Shown here: positions 1 through 7,600 of the stretch, one piece after another
Layout: every line of letters starts with the position of its first letter
Position numbering within the stretch: position 1 is the first letter of the stretch
IMG/VR virus record: IMGVR_UViG_2778261165_000013
Origin: a virus
Lineage: Duplodnaviria > Heunggongvirae > Uroviricota > Caudoviricetes
DNA length: 12,299 bases
Strand: one strand, 5' to 3'
Program-made: the position numbers and the translations under genes
Notes under the pieces: model-generated
Seen by the model: only the letters and a program-made list of their open reading frames with translations
Databases searched by the model: none
Told to the model about the DNA's origin: nothing

Positions 1-224
1 GCTTGCGGGCGTTCATGCTCAGAAACAAGGTTGGGACAAGCACTTCCAGGCTAACACAGTCAGAAATCGAAACGTACTCTCAACAGTTCGCTTAGGCATG
101 GAAGTTTTGCGGCATTCTGGCTACACAATAACAAGGGAAGACTTACTCGTGGCTGCAACCCTACTAGCTCAAAATTTATTCACACATGGTTACGCTTTGG
201 GGAAATTATGAGGGGATCTCTCAG
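1..224 (+). mobile_element. IS10 (IS4 family), partial copy: inside-end portion, element continues left of the window
   Basis: Terminus ...GGGGATCTCTCAG at 212..224 (reverse complement CTGAGAGATCCCCTCATAATTTCCCC) matches my recollection of the IS10 inside end, including its GATC Dam site. Positions 1..224 are the exact reverse complement of 12076..12299. Confidence 0.85.
2..211 (+). CDS. IS10 transposase, C-terminal 69 codons (5-prime part lies outside the window)
   Basis: Open frame from position 2 to TGA at 209..211 translating to LAGVHAQKQGWDKHFQANTVRNRNVLSTVRLGMEVLRHSGYTITREDLLVAATLLAQNLFTHGYALGKL, recognised as the IS10 transposase C-terminus. Confidence 0.8.
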   Translation, partial: LAGVHAQKQGWDKHFQANTVRNRNVLSTVRLGMEVLRHSGYTITREDLLVAATLLAQNLFTHGYALGKL

Positions 225-1359
225 TACTCAGCATCGACAGTCCTTTAAGTACCCTTATCTGAATTTCCCTCATACTGGCACCATCGCGCGCAACAGGTGA
301 GAAAAAGTCTTCAAGTAGATCGTTATTCTGAAGTGGTGCAACATGTACAGAAGGATATTTCACTTCTATTTCATCAGATTTATTCTGCGCGTAAGCGGAA
401 AGTATACGTACACCTCTGCCAATGACATCAATGGCGGTTCCAGGATCGTTCACTGCGGGGGAAAGGGCTCGGCAGGCTATTTCGGCCATGACGCTAAGAC
501 AAAATCGGGGGTCCTGAGCAAATGAACGTACATCCGAGACAATAATCGTCTCAAGTAAATCGGTGCTGATTGATGACTCCTGGCCCTGACTCAGGTACAA
601 AACTGGCGTGGACGGATGTATGAAACTGCCCGGCTGCGCCACGAGGTATACATGACGGGGATCATTGGTCAGCAGCTTGCTGAGTTTCACCATATCAACA
701 TATTCAACATAGCCAATCTTTTTCGGATAAACTGCAACCGTTCCTTTCGGCTGTTCATTGTTCTCAAGCCATGGATATCCGCCGAGACAGGGATTTCTTG
801 CTCTCGCAATAAATGTTTCGATGGCCGCCTGTTCTACTTTTGCCGTTGTCTCACCAACCCTCCCCAGAGAGGTCAAATGCTGTATCCAGCGAAGCAATGT
901 GATGAGGATTAAGGCAATGACAACCAGTGTTACAATGAATAAAATGACTCTCCCCCTTTCTCCATAAGCTCCCATATTGAGGGCAATAATCCCTACCAGA
1001 CTGAAGAGAAAAGAACCGATGAAGGTGGCCAGTACATTTTGTGTGGTGACGTCTTCAACAACTAAACGAGTAGCTCTGGGAGTCACATTAGTAGTGGCTG
1101 AACCGTAGGCTGTGACCATGATGCTCAGCGAAAATGTGGTCACTGCCAGCATACTCGATGCCAGTATGTTCAGAATGTTATCGACTGCTTCCGCACCAAC
1201 CTTCACGGAAACCGACTCAGGTATCATTGATTTAAAAAGAATTGATAAAAGGGCCGTTATTATTGCGACAATTGCGAATAACGTTGCCCTGAACCATAGT
1301 TTTTTAAATGTCTGCTTCAGCATCCATTTCCAGCGTGAAATCATTCTGCATTCCCTCAT
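190..1359 (-). CDS. Predicted inner-membrane protein (possibly DUF2254/COG4325-like), 3-prime end truncated by IS10; last ~11 codons (ERSPHNFPKA) are IS10-encoded
   Basis: 389-aa ORF with several hydrophobic helices in the N-terminal ~170 aa and a soluble C-terminal region. The ORF crosses the IS10 terminus at 224/225 and stops inside IS10. Start is ambiguous: ATG at 1359, or ATG at 1344 (MISRW...) which has a GAGGGA Shine-Dalgarno 7 nt upstream. Family assignment is from memory only. Confidence 0.65.
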   Translation of the reverse strand: MRECRMISRWKWMLKQTFKKLWFRATLFAIVAIITALLSILFKSMIPESVSVKVGAEAVDNILNILASSMLAVTTFSLSIMVTAYGSATTNVTPRATRLVVEDVTTQNVLATFIGSFLFSLVGIIALNMGAYGERGRVILFIVTLVVIALILITLLRWIQHLTSLGRVGETTAKVEQAAIETFIARARNPCLGGYPWLENNEQPKGTVAVYPKKIGYVEYVDMVKLSKLLTNDPRHVYLVAQPGSFIHPSTPVLYLSQGQESSISTDLLETIIVSDVRSFAQDPRFCLSVMAEIACRALSPAVNDPGTAIDVIGRGVRILSAYAQNKSDEIEVKYPSVHVAPLQNNDLLEDFFSPVARDGASMREIQIRVLKGLSMLSTERSPHNFPKA

Positions 1360-1379
1360 ATTGCAGCCGGGATAAATAA

Positions 1380-1400
1380 ATGCCGCCTCTGTGGCGGCAT
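1380..1400 (-). terminator. Candidate intrinsic terminator between the BCCT transporter gene and the membrane-protein gene
   Basis: Perfect 8-bp stem ATGCCGCC (1380..1387) / GGCGGCAT (1393..1400) with a 5-nt loop; on the minus strand it is followed by TTATTTATC. Confidence 0.45.
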
Positions 1401-1407
1401 GTTGCTG

Positions 1408-3411
1408 TTAACGAACCAGATGCAGGAAGTGCAGGTGTTTTTCGTACTGGTCCAGTATGTCATTAATCAGCTGTTCCTGATTCCAGCCCATTACATCATA
1501 ATTTTGGCCGCCCTCTTTGAGATAGACTTCAGCGCGATAATATCGATGTTGTTCACTCTGCTGCTCATCATTATCCAGCGCAGCGAGCGCGAAGGTCGGT
1601 GAGTTATACCCGCGAAGCCTCACTTCATATATATAATTCAGCTCGTTGCCCAAATCGACTTCAAGGCGAATACGATCCTCGGCGGCGTCACTGATGTGGC
1701 TTATCGTTCCCTGCTTGTTAAGTTCCTCCTGAACCAGCGTCATGGCGGGTTGGATAATGTCGTCCATAAAACGTTTCACAAGAGAGCGCTTCGGCAAATA
1801 CGCGATATTGCGTAACCTTCTCTGCCAGGGAATTGGGTTACGTGCAGCCGTAGGAGCAATAGTCGCCATGCTAAGGCTTTCACGCTTGGTCAAATCCCGA
1901 CGCAGGGCTTTTAACAGTCCGTATATGGATATTAATAAGATAACTGAGAAGGGCAATGCACTCGCTATCGTTACGGTTTGCAACGCACTCAGCCCCCCTG
2001 CGATCAGCAGGGCAATAGCAACAACGCCCATGAGCGATGCCCAGAAAATTCGCTGCCAGACGGGCGTGTTTGCCACCCCACCTGATGCCAGAGTATCCAC
2101 AACCATTGCCCCCGAATCAGCAGACGTTACAAAGAAGACGATGACCATCGCCATTGCAATGAATGACAGCACGGAAGAGAACGGGAAATGCTCCAGGAAA
2201 TTAAACAGGGCAAGCGCAACATCCTGCTGAACGGTATTGGCGAGGTCAGTGGCGCCCTGGTTCATGATGAGATAGATGGCGCTGTTTCCAAACACCGTCA
2301 TCCACATGAGCGTAAAGCCGGCGGGAACAAACAACACGCCAGTCACGAACTCACGAATTGTCCTGCCGCGGGAAACGCGTGCAATGAACATACCTACAAA
2401 CGGCGACCATGAAAGCCACCATCCCCAGTATAATAATGTCCAGCCCCCCAGCCAGTTGCTCGACTTGGGTTCATACGCGTAAAGGTTGAACGTTTTACTC
2501 ACCAGTTCCGACAGATAACCACCCGTATTTTCCACAAATGACTTCAGCAGAAGCACAGTGGGACCCAGGCACAAGACCAGCGCCAGGAGCAACACCGCCA
2601 GGCCCAGATTAAGCTCAGACAGGATGCGTATTCCCTTGTCCAGGCCGGACACCACCGAAATCGTCGCTAACCCCGTGATGACCACGATCAAAATGACCTG
2701 TACCGTTTCATTGATGGGCACGCCGAAAAGATGGTTCAAACCGGCATTCACCTGCAATACACCGTAACCCAGCGATGTTGCAACGCCAAAGACAGTGCCT
2801 ATCACGGCGAAGATATCAACCGCGTGGCCTATAGGCCCGTAAATGCGATCGCCGATAATGGGATAGAGCGCAGAACGCAGCGTTAAAGGCAGACCGTGAC
2901 GGTAACTGAAAAAGGCCAGAATCAGCGCCACGATGGCATAAATTGCCCATGCGTGCAGACCCCAGTGGAAGAACGTCAGGCGCATGGCTTCCTTCGCTGC
3001 CGCAACGGTCTCTGGAGTGCCGACAGGTGGCGAAAGATAATGCATCACAGGTTCGGCAACGCCAAAGAACATCAGGCCGATCCCCATCCCTGCCGAAAAA
3101 AGCATCGCGAACCAGGAGTGGTAGCTGAAATCAGGCTGCGCATGGTCTGGGCCCAGCTTTATATCACCGTAACGTGAGAGTCCAAGGAACGTGACGCTCA
3201 GTAAAATCAGGGCCACAGCAAGTATGTAGAACCAGCTGGCATTCGTGAAGATTTGTTGCTGAAGTAGTTTAAAATTTTTGTCGGCGACATCCGGGAATAC
3301 GGCGGCAAAGGCGACAAGAAGGAAAATTAGCAAAGCAGATGTAAAGAATACCGCTTTGTTAATCTGGCTTGTAGACTTCTTTGGGGTTGTATCATTTTCA
3401 CTCATAATCAT
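1408..3411 (-). CDS. BCCT-family transporter, BetT-like (choline/betaine/carnitine transporter paralog), 667 aa
   Basis: Long polytopic membrane protein with a BetT-like pattern (…GIGLMFFGVAEP…, …WTLLYWGWWLSWSPFVGMFIARVSRGRTIREF…) and a ~170-aa hydrophilic C-terminal tail ending DILDQYEKHLHFLHLVR, as in E. coli BetT. Not identical to my recollection of BetT itself. Confidence 0.88.
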   Translation of the reverse strand: MIMSENDTTPKKSTSQINKAVFFTSALLIFLLVAFAAVFPDVADKNFKLLQQQIFTNASWFYILAVALILLSVTFLGLSRYGDIKLGPDHAQPDFSYHSWFAMLFSAGMGIGLMFFGVAEPVMHYLSPPVGTPETVAAAKEAMRLTFFHWGLHAWAIYAIVALILAFFSYRHGLPLTLRSALYPIIGDRIYGPIGHAVDIFAVIGTVFGVATSLGYGVLQVNAGLNHLFGVPINETVQVILIVVITGLATISVVSGLDKGIRILSELNLGLAVLLLALVLCLGPTVLLLKSFVENTGGYLSELVSKTFNLYAYEPKSSNWLGGWTLLYWGWWLSWSPFVGMFIARVSRGRTIREFVTGVLFVPAGFTLMWMTVFGNSAIYLIMNQGATDLANTVQQDVALALFNFLEHFPFSSVLSFIAMAMVIVFFVTSADSGAMVVDTLASGGVANTPVWQRIFWASLMGVVAIALLIAGGLSALQTVTIASALPFSVILLISIYGLLKALRRDLTKRESLSMATIAPTAARNPIPWQRRLRNIAYLPKRSLVKRFMDDIIQPAMTLVQEELNKQGTISHISDAAEDRIRLEVDLGNELNYIYEVRLRGYNSPTFALAALDNDEQQSEQHRYYRAEVYLKEGGQNYDVMGWNQEQLINDILDQYEKHLHFLHLVR

Positions 3412-3745
3412 TTATTCCATTAATTAAATCCGCACTGGATAGAAGGTACTACCTCTCACAGAGTAGCAAAGTTCAACTGGCTATGCGGGGTTAATCGGAA
3501 TGCATGGTGGAATGAGTGCCGATACAAATCATCCTATATTCTAAGGAGTTTTAAGTTACTCAGCCTGCCAATTACTGGGGCATTTAATTTGTATGATCTG
3601 TATCAAAGCTGGGATATAAGTTAAGTGAAGTATATTAGGCACGAATTACCAGCGTCTGCTCTTGGCACAAAGCGGACAACCACGCTAGCTCTACCCTGTG
3701 CCACAAAATGTCAATTTGCATCTGAACTAATGCACTTTAATCTCG

Positions 3746-4168
3746 TCACTTCAATAAATACCGAACATCCCCCTGATAAAACGACAATATGCGCTGCATA
3801 ACTTCGCTCTTCCGGCACTCGCGACAGATTATGTTTAGGCGACTGTCGTAGCGACGTATTTCTCCGTCAGGTAATGACCAGATAAGGTCCGGATCAACCA
3901 CAACCGGTTTCTTCAGCTTTGCCCTCGATAATTTTTTGCGGGCATTTTGCCAGTCTTTACGAGCCTGTTCAGACGGGAATAACCCGTAGCCAGAATTGTA
4001 TACATCGCCACTGGCAACCAGCTCTCTGGCCAGAACGCTCATCAGATATCTTGTTGCCCCAGTTTTAGCTTCCAGTTGTCGTAACGTCTCGCGCCCACTC
4101 TGGCGTACGAGTTCAAGAACCTGCCCTTTAATTTTTTCCCGCTCTTCTTGTGTAAAAACTTTTGCCAC
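3746..4168 (-). CDS. Hypothetical 140-aa protein downstream of the replication-initiator gene (possible winged-helix/helper protein)
   Basis: ORF with a strong AGGAGG Shine-Dalgarno ~6 nt upstream of the ATG at 4168, co-oriented with and 40 bp downstream of the initiator-like gene. No family recognised. Confidence 0.55.
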   Translation of the reverse strand: MAKVFTQEEREKIKGQVLELVRQSGRETLRQLEAKTGATRYLMSVLARELVASGDVYNSGYGLFPSEQARKDWQNARKKLSRAKLKKPVVVDPDLIWSLPDGEIRRYDSRLNIICRECRKSEVMQRILSFYQGDVRYLLK

Positions 4169-4208
4169 AAGCCCTCCTGAAAATTACCTCATGACCAGAA
4201 ATTAACAC

Positions 4209-5279
4209 TTACCCCCTGAAGCCCGGCGGAATTTCGTTATCCGGTTCAGAAATATGATTCACACAACGCTGGTTGTTCGTGCCGCTTACCGGGAGCAACC
4301 AGGGGTTCTCAAAATTCCGGTCCGGTCCAAAAAACGTCGTCGCTCGCTGAACAAATTCCGTTCCCGTTTTCCCGGTAGCCGCCAAGTATCTTGCGTAACG
4401 CCTCACGCCATCCAGCATGGCCTCTGGTGGCACCCCCTCGCGTAATCTGGCCTTCCAGGCACTGAAAGCGGATTTCTTCGGGTTTGCCCCAGCACGCAAC
4501 GGGTACTCCCGCCAGACCTGTTCGAACACATCCGGATAATCCACTCGTCCCACAGACTGCCCGGTGTTTTCCGGGACTACCCGATCGGTTTCCCGCTGAA
4601 TGGCGGAATCGGCTTCAGGCTGCTGCAGTTGGTGTGATTGCTCCGCCCTTGCGGTCATCACCTGCTGCACAGCGCCCGAATCGGCTTTCAGCGCATACGC
4701 TGAATCGGCTTCCGGTGTCGTGCCTGCTGGCTGACCAAGATTGACGGTCTGAACATCCCCTGCCTGGTTCGTGGCGTTTTTTACGCCATGGACCATAGTG
4801 TTTTGATCTTCTTGATCTGTATCTTTATCTGTATCTTTATCTGTCGTGACTCGTCGTGACATGTGCGTGACATTTCGTGACGCGCCGTGACAATCGCCAT
4901 TTTGTTCCCGCTTTCTTTCCCTCTCTCGCTGCGCCCTCTTGCGCTCTGCAGGAGATTTTGCGGTTTGCGAAATATTGCCGTTGTCCTCTTTAAGCACCTG
5001 GCGTTTTTCCCATCCAGTGATTAAATCACCATCAAGTACCCGCCCCTGCATCGTCTGCAAAATTGAATCAATTACCTCTTCTGTCACGTCGAGCGCACTT
5101 GCCAAATCTTCTGTCGTGACATCAATGTGACCTCGCGTGACATTTCGTGACGCGCTCACCAGGAGGTGGATATACACTGCCATCACTGTTGCAATTGGCT
5201 GTCCTGACACCCTGGCAATTGTTCGCCACTTAGGGTCATTTGGCATGTCATGCCATAATCTGAGCCAGGCGTTAGCCAT
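4209..5279 (-). CDS. Phage replication-initiator-like protein (lambda O analog; position of ydaU in Rac) with origin iterons inside the coding sequence
   Basis: ORF of ~356 aa; the ATG at 5279 has a GAGGTGAG Shine-Dalgarno, while the ORF track starts at an upstream GTG at 5285. Sits immediately after the ydaT-like gene, as O follows cII in lambdoid phages. Contains two clusters of phased CGTGAC repeats, mirrored in the protein as a repeated ASRNVT segment and a low-complexity TDKDTDKDTD linker. Confidence 0.6.
   Translation of the reverse strand: MANAWLRLWHDMPNDPKWRTIARVSGQPIATVMAVYIHLLVSASRNVTRGHIDVTTEDLASALDVTEEVIDSILQTMQGRVLDGDLITGWEKRQVLKEDNGNISQTAKSPAERKRAQRERERKREQNGDCHGASRNVTHMSRRVTTDKDTDKDTDQEDQNTMVHGVKNATNQAGDVQTVNLGQPAGTTPEADSAYALKADSGAVQQVMTARAEQSHQLQQPEADSAIQRETDRVVPENTGQSVGRVDYPDVFEQVWREYPLRAGANPKKSAFSAWKARLREGVPPEAMLDGVRRYARYLAATGKTGTEFVQRATTFFGPDRNFENPWLLPVSGTNNQRCVNHISEPDNEIPPGFRG
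4817..4891. repeat. Candidate replication-origin iteron array 1: tandem 12-mer TCTGTATCTTTA x2, then five CGTGAC repeats phased at 10-11 bp
   Basis: CGTGAC at 4845, 4855, 4866, 4876 and 4886; AT-rich tandem 12-mers at 4817..4840; a polypyrimidine tract follows at ~4905..4945. Confidence 0.6.
5115..5155. repeat. Candidate iteron array 2: four YGTGAC repeats phased at 10-11 bp
   Basis: CGTGAC/TGTGAC at 5115, 5126, 5136 and 5146. The 21-mer GCGTGACATTTCGTGACGCGC at 5135..5155 is identical to 4865..4885. Confidence 0.55.
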
Positions 5280-5350
5280 ACTCACCTCTTTTGATACCGA
5301 ATCTTTTTACTCACAAATTGCCGGAAGTGATCCGGTATGAATATTGCGAG

Positions 5351-5776
5351 TCAATGCACAGCCACAATATTTCCTGCAGGGCCACCACGATTCATCTGGT
5401 TGAAACCAGCGATCGCCACTGCGACAAAATCATCAGCGTCTCTCACCAGTCGTTCCCGCGTCTCCACTAGTTCCCGAAAATAGGCTGAGCTATGGCTGCG
5501 CATTCGGGCCACCAGCAGAGGTGGCATTGCTTTTTCGATAGCTGGTAACAACGCCTGAATTTTTTCAACTGCATCAGGGGTGTCTTTCTCTACCCAGCGG
5601 AAAATTTTCTGGGTATTGCGAGCCAGGGCTTCCGGATGGCTGTCGTCATACAGTTCTGGGAACGTCATACCCAGTTCAAAATAAGCCCTGGTTATTTCAG
5701 CTGCCGGAACTTTTTCACCGTCCGGATGCGCCCAGGCATTCATCGCCATGCGGATGTGTTCATGCTTGATTTTCAT
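5351..5776 (-). CDS. ydaT: YdaT-like protein (CII-position gene of the Rac immunity region)
   Basis: 141-aa ORF with an AGGAG Shine-Dalgarno 9 nt upstream of the ATG at 5776; directly downstream of, and overlapping by 17 nt, the Cro-like gene. Symbol assigned by synteny and size; the sequence was not verified from memory. Confidence 0.6.
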   Translation of the reverse strand: MKIKHEHIRMAMNAWAHPDGEKVPAAEITRAYFELGMTFPELYDDSHPEALARNTQKIFRWVEKDTPDAVEKIQALLPAIEKAMPPLLVARMRSHSSAYFRELVETRERLVRDADDFVAVAIAGFNQMNRGGPAGNIVAVH

Positions 5777-6041
5777 GAATCAAGCTCCTAGAAAGTGGTT
5801 GTGTTAACATTTTGGTATCTTCCAGCTCGGGCCAAATATTCATCCAATCAAAAGGCCTTAGTTGCTGACGTGTAACTTCACCATTACTGGCTCGCTCAAT
5901 AAGGACACATAACGATGCCCCTAACACTTGACCTTTACTCAATGCCTTTCTTAGATAACCGATGCTGGTACCACACTCGCATGCAAACATACGCTGTTCA
6001 TCTGACGAAAGAGAATTGAGAAATATTCTTAATTCTTCCAT
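5760..6041 (-). CDS. ydaS: Cro-type helix-turn-helix regulator (YdaS-like)
   Basis: 93-aa ORF with an AAGGAG Shine-Dalgarno 7 nt upstream of the ATG at 6041; helix-turn-helix-like segment QRMFACECGTSIGYLRKALSKGQ; divergent from the repressor gene across an operator-containing 100-bp spacer. Confidence 0.65.
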   Translation of the reverse strand: MEELRIFLNSLSSDEQRMFACECGTSIGYLRKALSKGQVLGASLCVLIERASNGEVTRQQLRPFDWMNIWPELEDTKMLTQPLSRSLIHENQA

Positions 6042-6070
6042 AGCTACTCCTTAGTAAACACAGCAAAGAA

Positions 6071-6148
6071 TACCCATAGGTAAACAAAAGTCAATACCCA
6101 CAGGTTGTTTACCTTGCAGTAATCGCATCTATTATTTACCTATGGACA
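6071..6148. promoter_or_regulatory. Operator cluster (OR-like) in the divergent ydaS / racR control region
   Basis: Copies of a 12-bp near-palindrome TACCYATRGGTA: TACCCATAGGTA at 6071..6082, TACCCACAGGTT at 6095..6106 (24 bp later) and TACCTATGGACA at 6137..6148, the last overlapping the racR start codon. Confidence 0.6.
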
Positions 6149-6561
6149 AATATGAATTTAGACGACAGCAACTCATCAAAATTCGTGATGAGAAATGCGA
6201 TGGTAAAGCGGTTAACGTGGCCAGAAAGATCGGGCGCGAGCCTTCTTATGTATCAAGAATGTTGTACCCAGAGGGGAAAAAGGGAAAAAAACGGATCGCT
6301 GATGATATGGTGGAGATTATCGAAGAGTCCTTTGGGTTACCCCGGGGATGGATGGATGGTATCGTTTCATCATCAACGAACACAGCCTCCAGTTATGAAA
6401 CAAGGGTTCTAACGCCACGACAACGTATTTTTTTAGATCTCTTAGACGAACTGCCAGAAAGTGAAGCGGATAACTTATTAAAAACTCTTGAAGAGAAAAA
6501 ACAGTATTACAATATGATCTACGAAGAAATCCGTAAAAAGAAAGCACAAAACGCATCATAG
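6142..6561 (+). CDS. racR: Prophage repressor-like helix-turn-helix protein (CI analog, RacR position)
   Basis: 139-aa ORF with an N-terminal helix-turn-helix (GKAVNVARKIGREPSYVSRML), divergent from the Cro-like gene and flanked on both sides by the palindromic operator motif. No in-frame upstream start exists before a stop at 6055. Length differs from the 158 aa I recall for K-12 RacR, so this may be a variant immunity type. Confidence 0.65.
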   Translation: MDKYEFRRQQLIKIRDEKCDGKAVNVARKIGREPSYVSRMLYPEGKKGKKRIADDMVEIIEESFGLPRGWMDGIVSSSTNTASSYETRVLTPRQRIFLDLLDELPESEADNLLKTLEEKKQYYNMIYEEIRKKKAQNAS

Positions 6562-6603
6562 CTCACCAAACAACTAGTCACCAGTTAAGACACCGCAAAA
6601 AGT

Positions 6604-6644
6604 TACCCATGGGTATTTACTTTTTAAATACCTATGGGTATCCT
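6604..6644 (+). promoter_or_regulatory. Second operator pair (OL-like) with candidate promoter for the ydaG-ydaF early transcript
   Basis: Perfect palindrome TACCCATGGGTA at 6604..6615 and TACCTATGGGTA at 6629..6640 (25 bp centre to centre). Possible -35 TTTACT (6616..6621) and -10 TATCCT (6639..6644) with a 17-bp spacer overlapping the operators. Confidence 0.5.
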
Positions 6645-6814
6645 TCTTTTCATACCAACCCACCCCGCCCCACAGAATGCAGGGCAATACTCGAGTTACC
6701 AGGCAGTGGTCAGGGGTTAAGTAGCCAGCCCGAGGCGTAAGAACATGACGGCGGGATTCAAATTTTGCAGTGCAGCAGTTAGTTCCGCCACCCGGCGTTA
6801 AGGGGAGAGATAAG

Positions 6815-6949
6815 ATGGTGCATTACGAAGTAGTTCAGTATTTGATGGATTGTTGCGGTATCACTTACAACCAGGCTGTGCAGGCTTTACGCAGCAACGA
6901 CTGGGATCTCTGGCAGGCAGAAGTCGCTATACGTAGCAACAAGATGTGA
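6815..6949 (+). CDS. ydaG: Rac prophage small protein YdaG (44 aa)
   Basis: Hand-translated: MVHYEVVQYLMDCCGITYNQAVQALRSNDWDLWQAEVAIRSNKM. Shine-Dalgarno AAGGGGAGAG upstream. Length matches what I recall for YdaG. Not in the ORF track because it is short. Confidence 0.7.
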   Translation: MVHYEVVQYLMDCCGITYNQAVQALRSNDWDLWQAEVAIRSNKM

Positions 6950-6959
6950 GATTCGCAAA

Positions 6960-7115
6960 ATGCAAAAAATCGACCTCGGCAACAACGAATCCCTGGTGTG
7001 CGGCGTGTTCCCCAACCAGGATGGAACGTTCACTGCCATGACGTATACCAAAAGCAAAACATTTAAAACCGAAACTGGTGCGCGCCGATGGTTGGAGAAG
7101 CACACAGTAAGCTAA
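6960..7115 (+). CDS. ydaF: Rac prophage small protein YdaF (51 aa)
   Basis: Hand-translated: MQKIDLGNNESLVCGVFPNQDGTFTAMTYTKSKTFKTETGARRWLEKHTVS. Starts 10 nt after the ydaG stop; its 3-prime end overlaps the convergent sieB stop by 4 nt. Confidence 0.7.
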   Translation: MQKIDLGNNESLVCGVFPNQDGTFTAMTYTKSKTFKTETGARRWLEKHTVS

Positions 7116-7600
7116 CGATTAAAACGTCTACTCCTGCTGTTCCAGAATAACTTCATAAAATGGGAGTATTTTTCGGTGACGAGATAATAAGAACAGTTTG
7201 CGCTATCACTCTGATGTTGAATGATGCCCTTCCGTTCTAATTTTTTCATAACCAGGTTACGGCAAGGAGAAGTGATAATAAGATTTCCTGTTTTAAGGAA
7301 ATCTTTAAATACAGCGATTTCTTTCTCAGATAAACGAAGCAATACTCGTTGCTCTGGTAGTAATGAATAATGCTTTTGAATATGTGCTCGCAATCTTGAG
7401 AAGGAAATGGCGACCACGAAAGAAAAGGCAAAAACGATAATCTGAAAGAGCCAAGGTATTTCAGTATAAGCATTGAATGCGACAGTAAACTCTTTCGGTA
7501 TCAGCCAGAGAGTGAGACCAAAAATGATAATCGTATACATAAGTCTTTCGAGTGGCTCGTTAGCAAAAAGTTTCAACAATGGAGTAAATACATCCAACAT
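7112..7600 (-). CDS. sieB: Superinfection exclusion protein B (SieB), 162 aa
   Basis: Sequence from MLDVFTPLLKLFANEPLERLMYTIIIFGLTLWLIPKEF… recognised as Rac SieB; membrane helices present. The ATG at 7600 has a GAGAG Shine-Dalgarno; the ORF-track start at 7723 is an unsupported upstream extension. Confidence 0.85.
   Translation of the reverse strand: MLDVFTPLLKLFANEPLERLMYTIIIFGLTLWLIPKEFTVAFNAYTEIPWLFQIIVFAFSFVVAISFSRLRAHIQKHYSLLPEQRVLLRLSEKEIAVFKDFLKTGNLIITSPCRNLVMKKLERKGIIQHQSDSANCSYYLVTEKYSHFMKLFWNSRSRRFNR

Noticed and set aside
1-224. Reading the terminal inverted repeats as evidence of a circular molecule or a hairpin-ended linear replicon
   Set aside because: The ends are reverse complements, not a direct overlap, and the repeat is recognisably the IS10 transposase 3-prime end and inside terminus, so two inverted IS copies is the simpler explanation.
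343-1375. Plus-strand ORFs (343..525, 616..912, 758..967, 1112..1375) overlapping the membrane-protein gene
   Set aside because: Antisense shadow ORFs within the 389-aa minus-strand gene.
1399-3177. Plus-strand ORFs of 61-162 aa overlapping the BCCT transporter gene
   Set aside because: Antisense to a clearly recognisable 667-aa transporter, with no start signals and unnatural composition.
3996-5340. Plus-strand ORFs (3996..4205, 4254..4445, 4484..4744, 4939..5130, 5137..5340) overlapping the 140-aa and initiator-like genes
   Set aside because: Antisense to supported minus-strand genes; the repeats inside them are better explained as iterons.
6152-6559. ORFs 6152..6412 (+) and 6317..6559 (-) overlapping the repressor-like gene
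   Set aside because: Alternative-frame and antisense ORFs within the helix-turn-helix repressor ORF.
6887-7105. 72-aa minus-strand ORF
   Set aside because: Lies antisense over ydaG and ydaF, which translate to proteins of exactly the recalled lengths with ribosome-binding sites.
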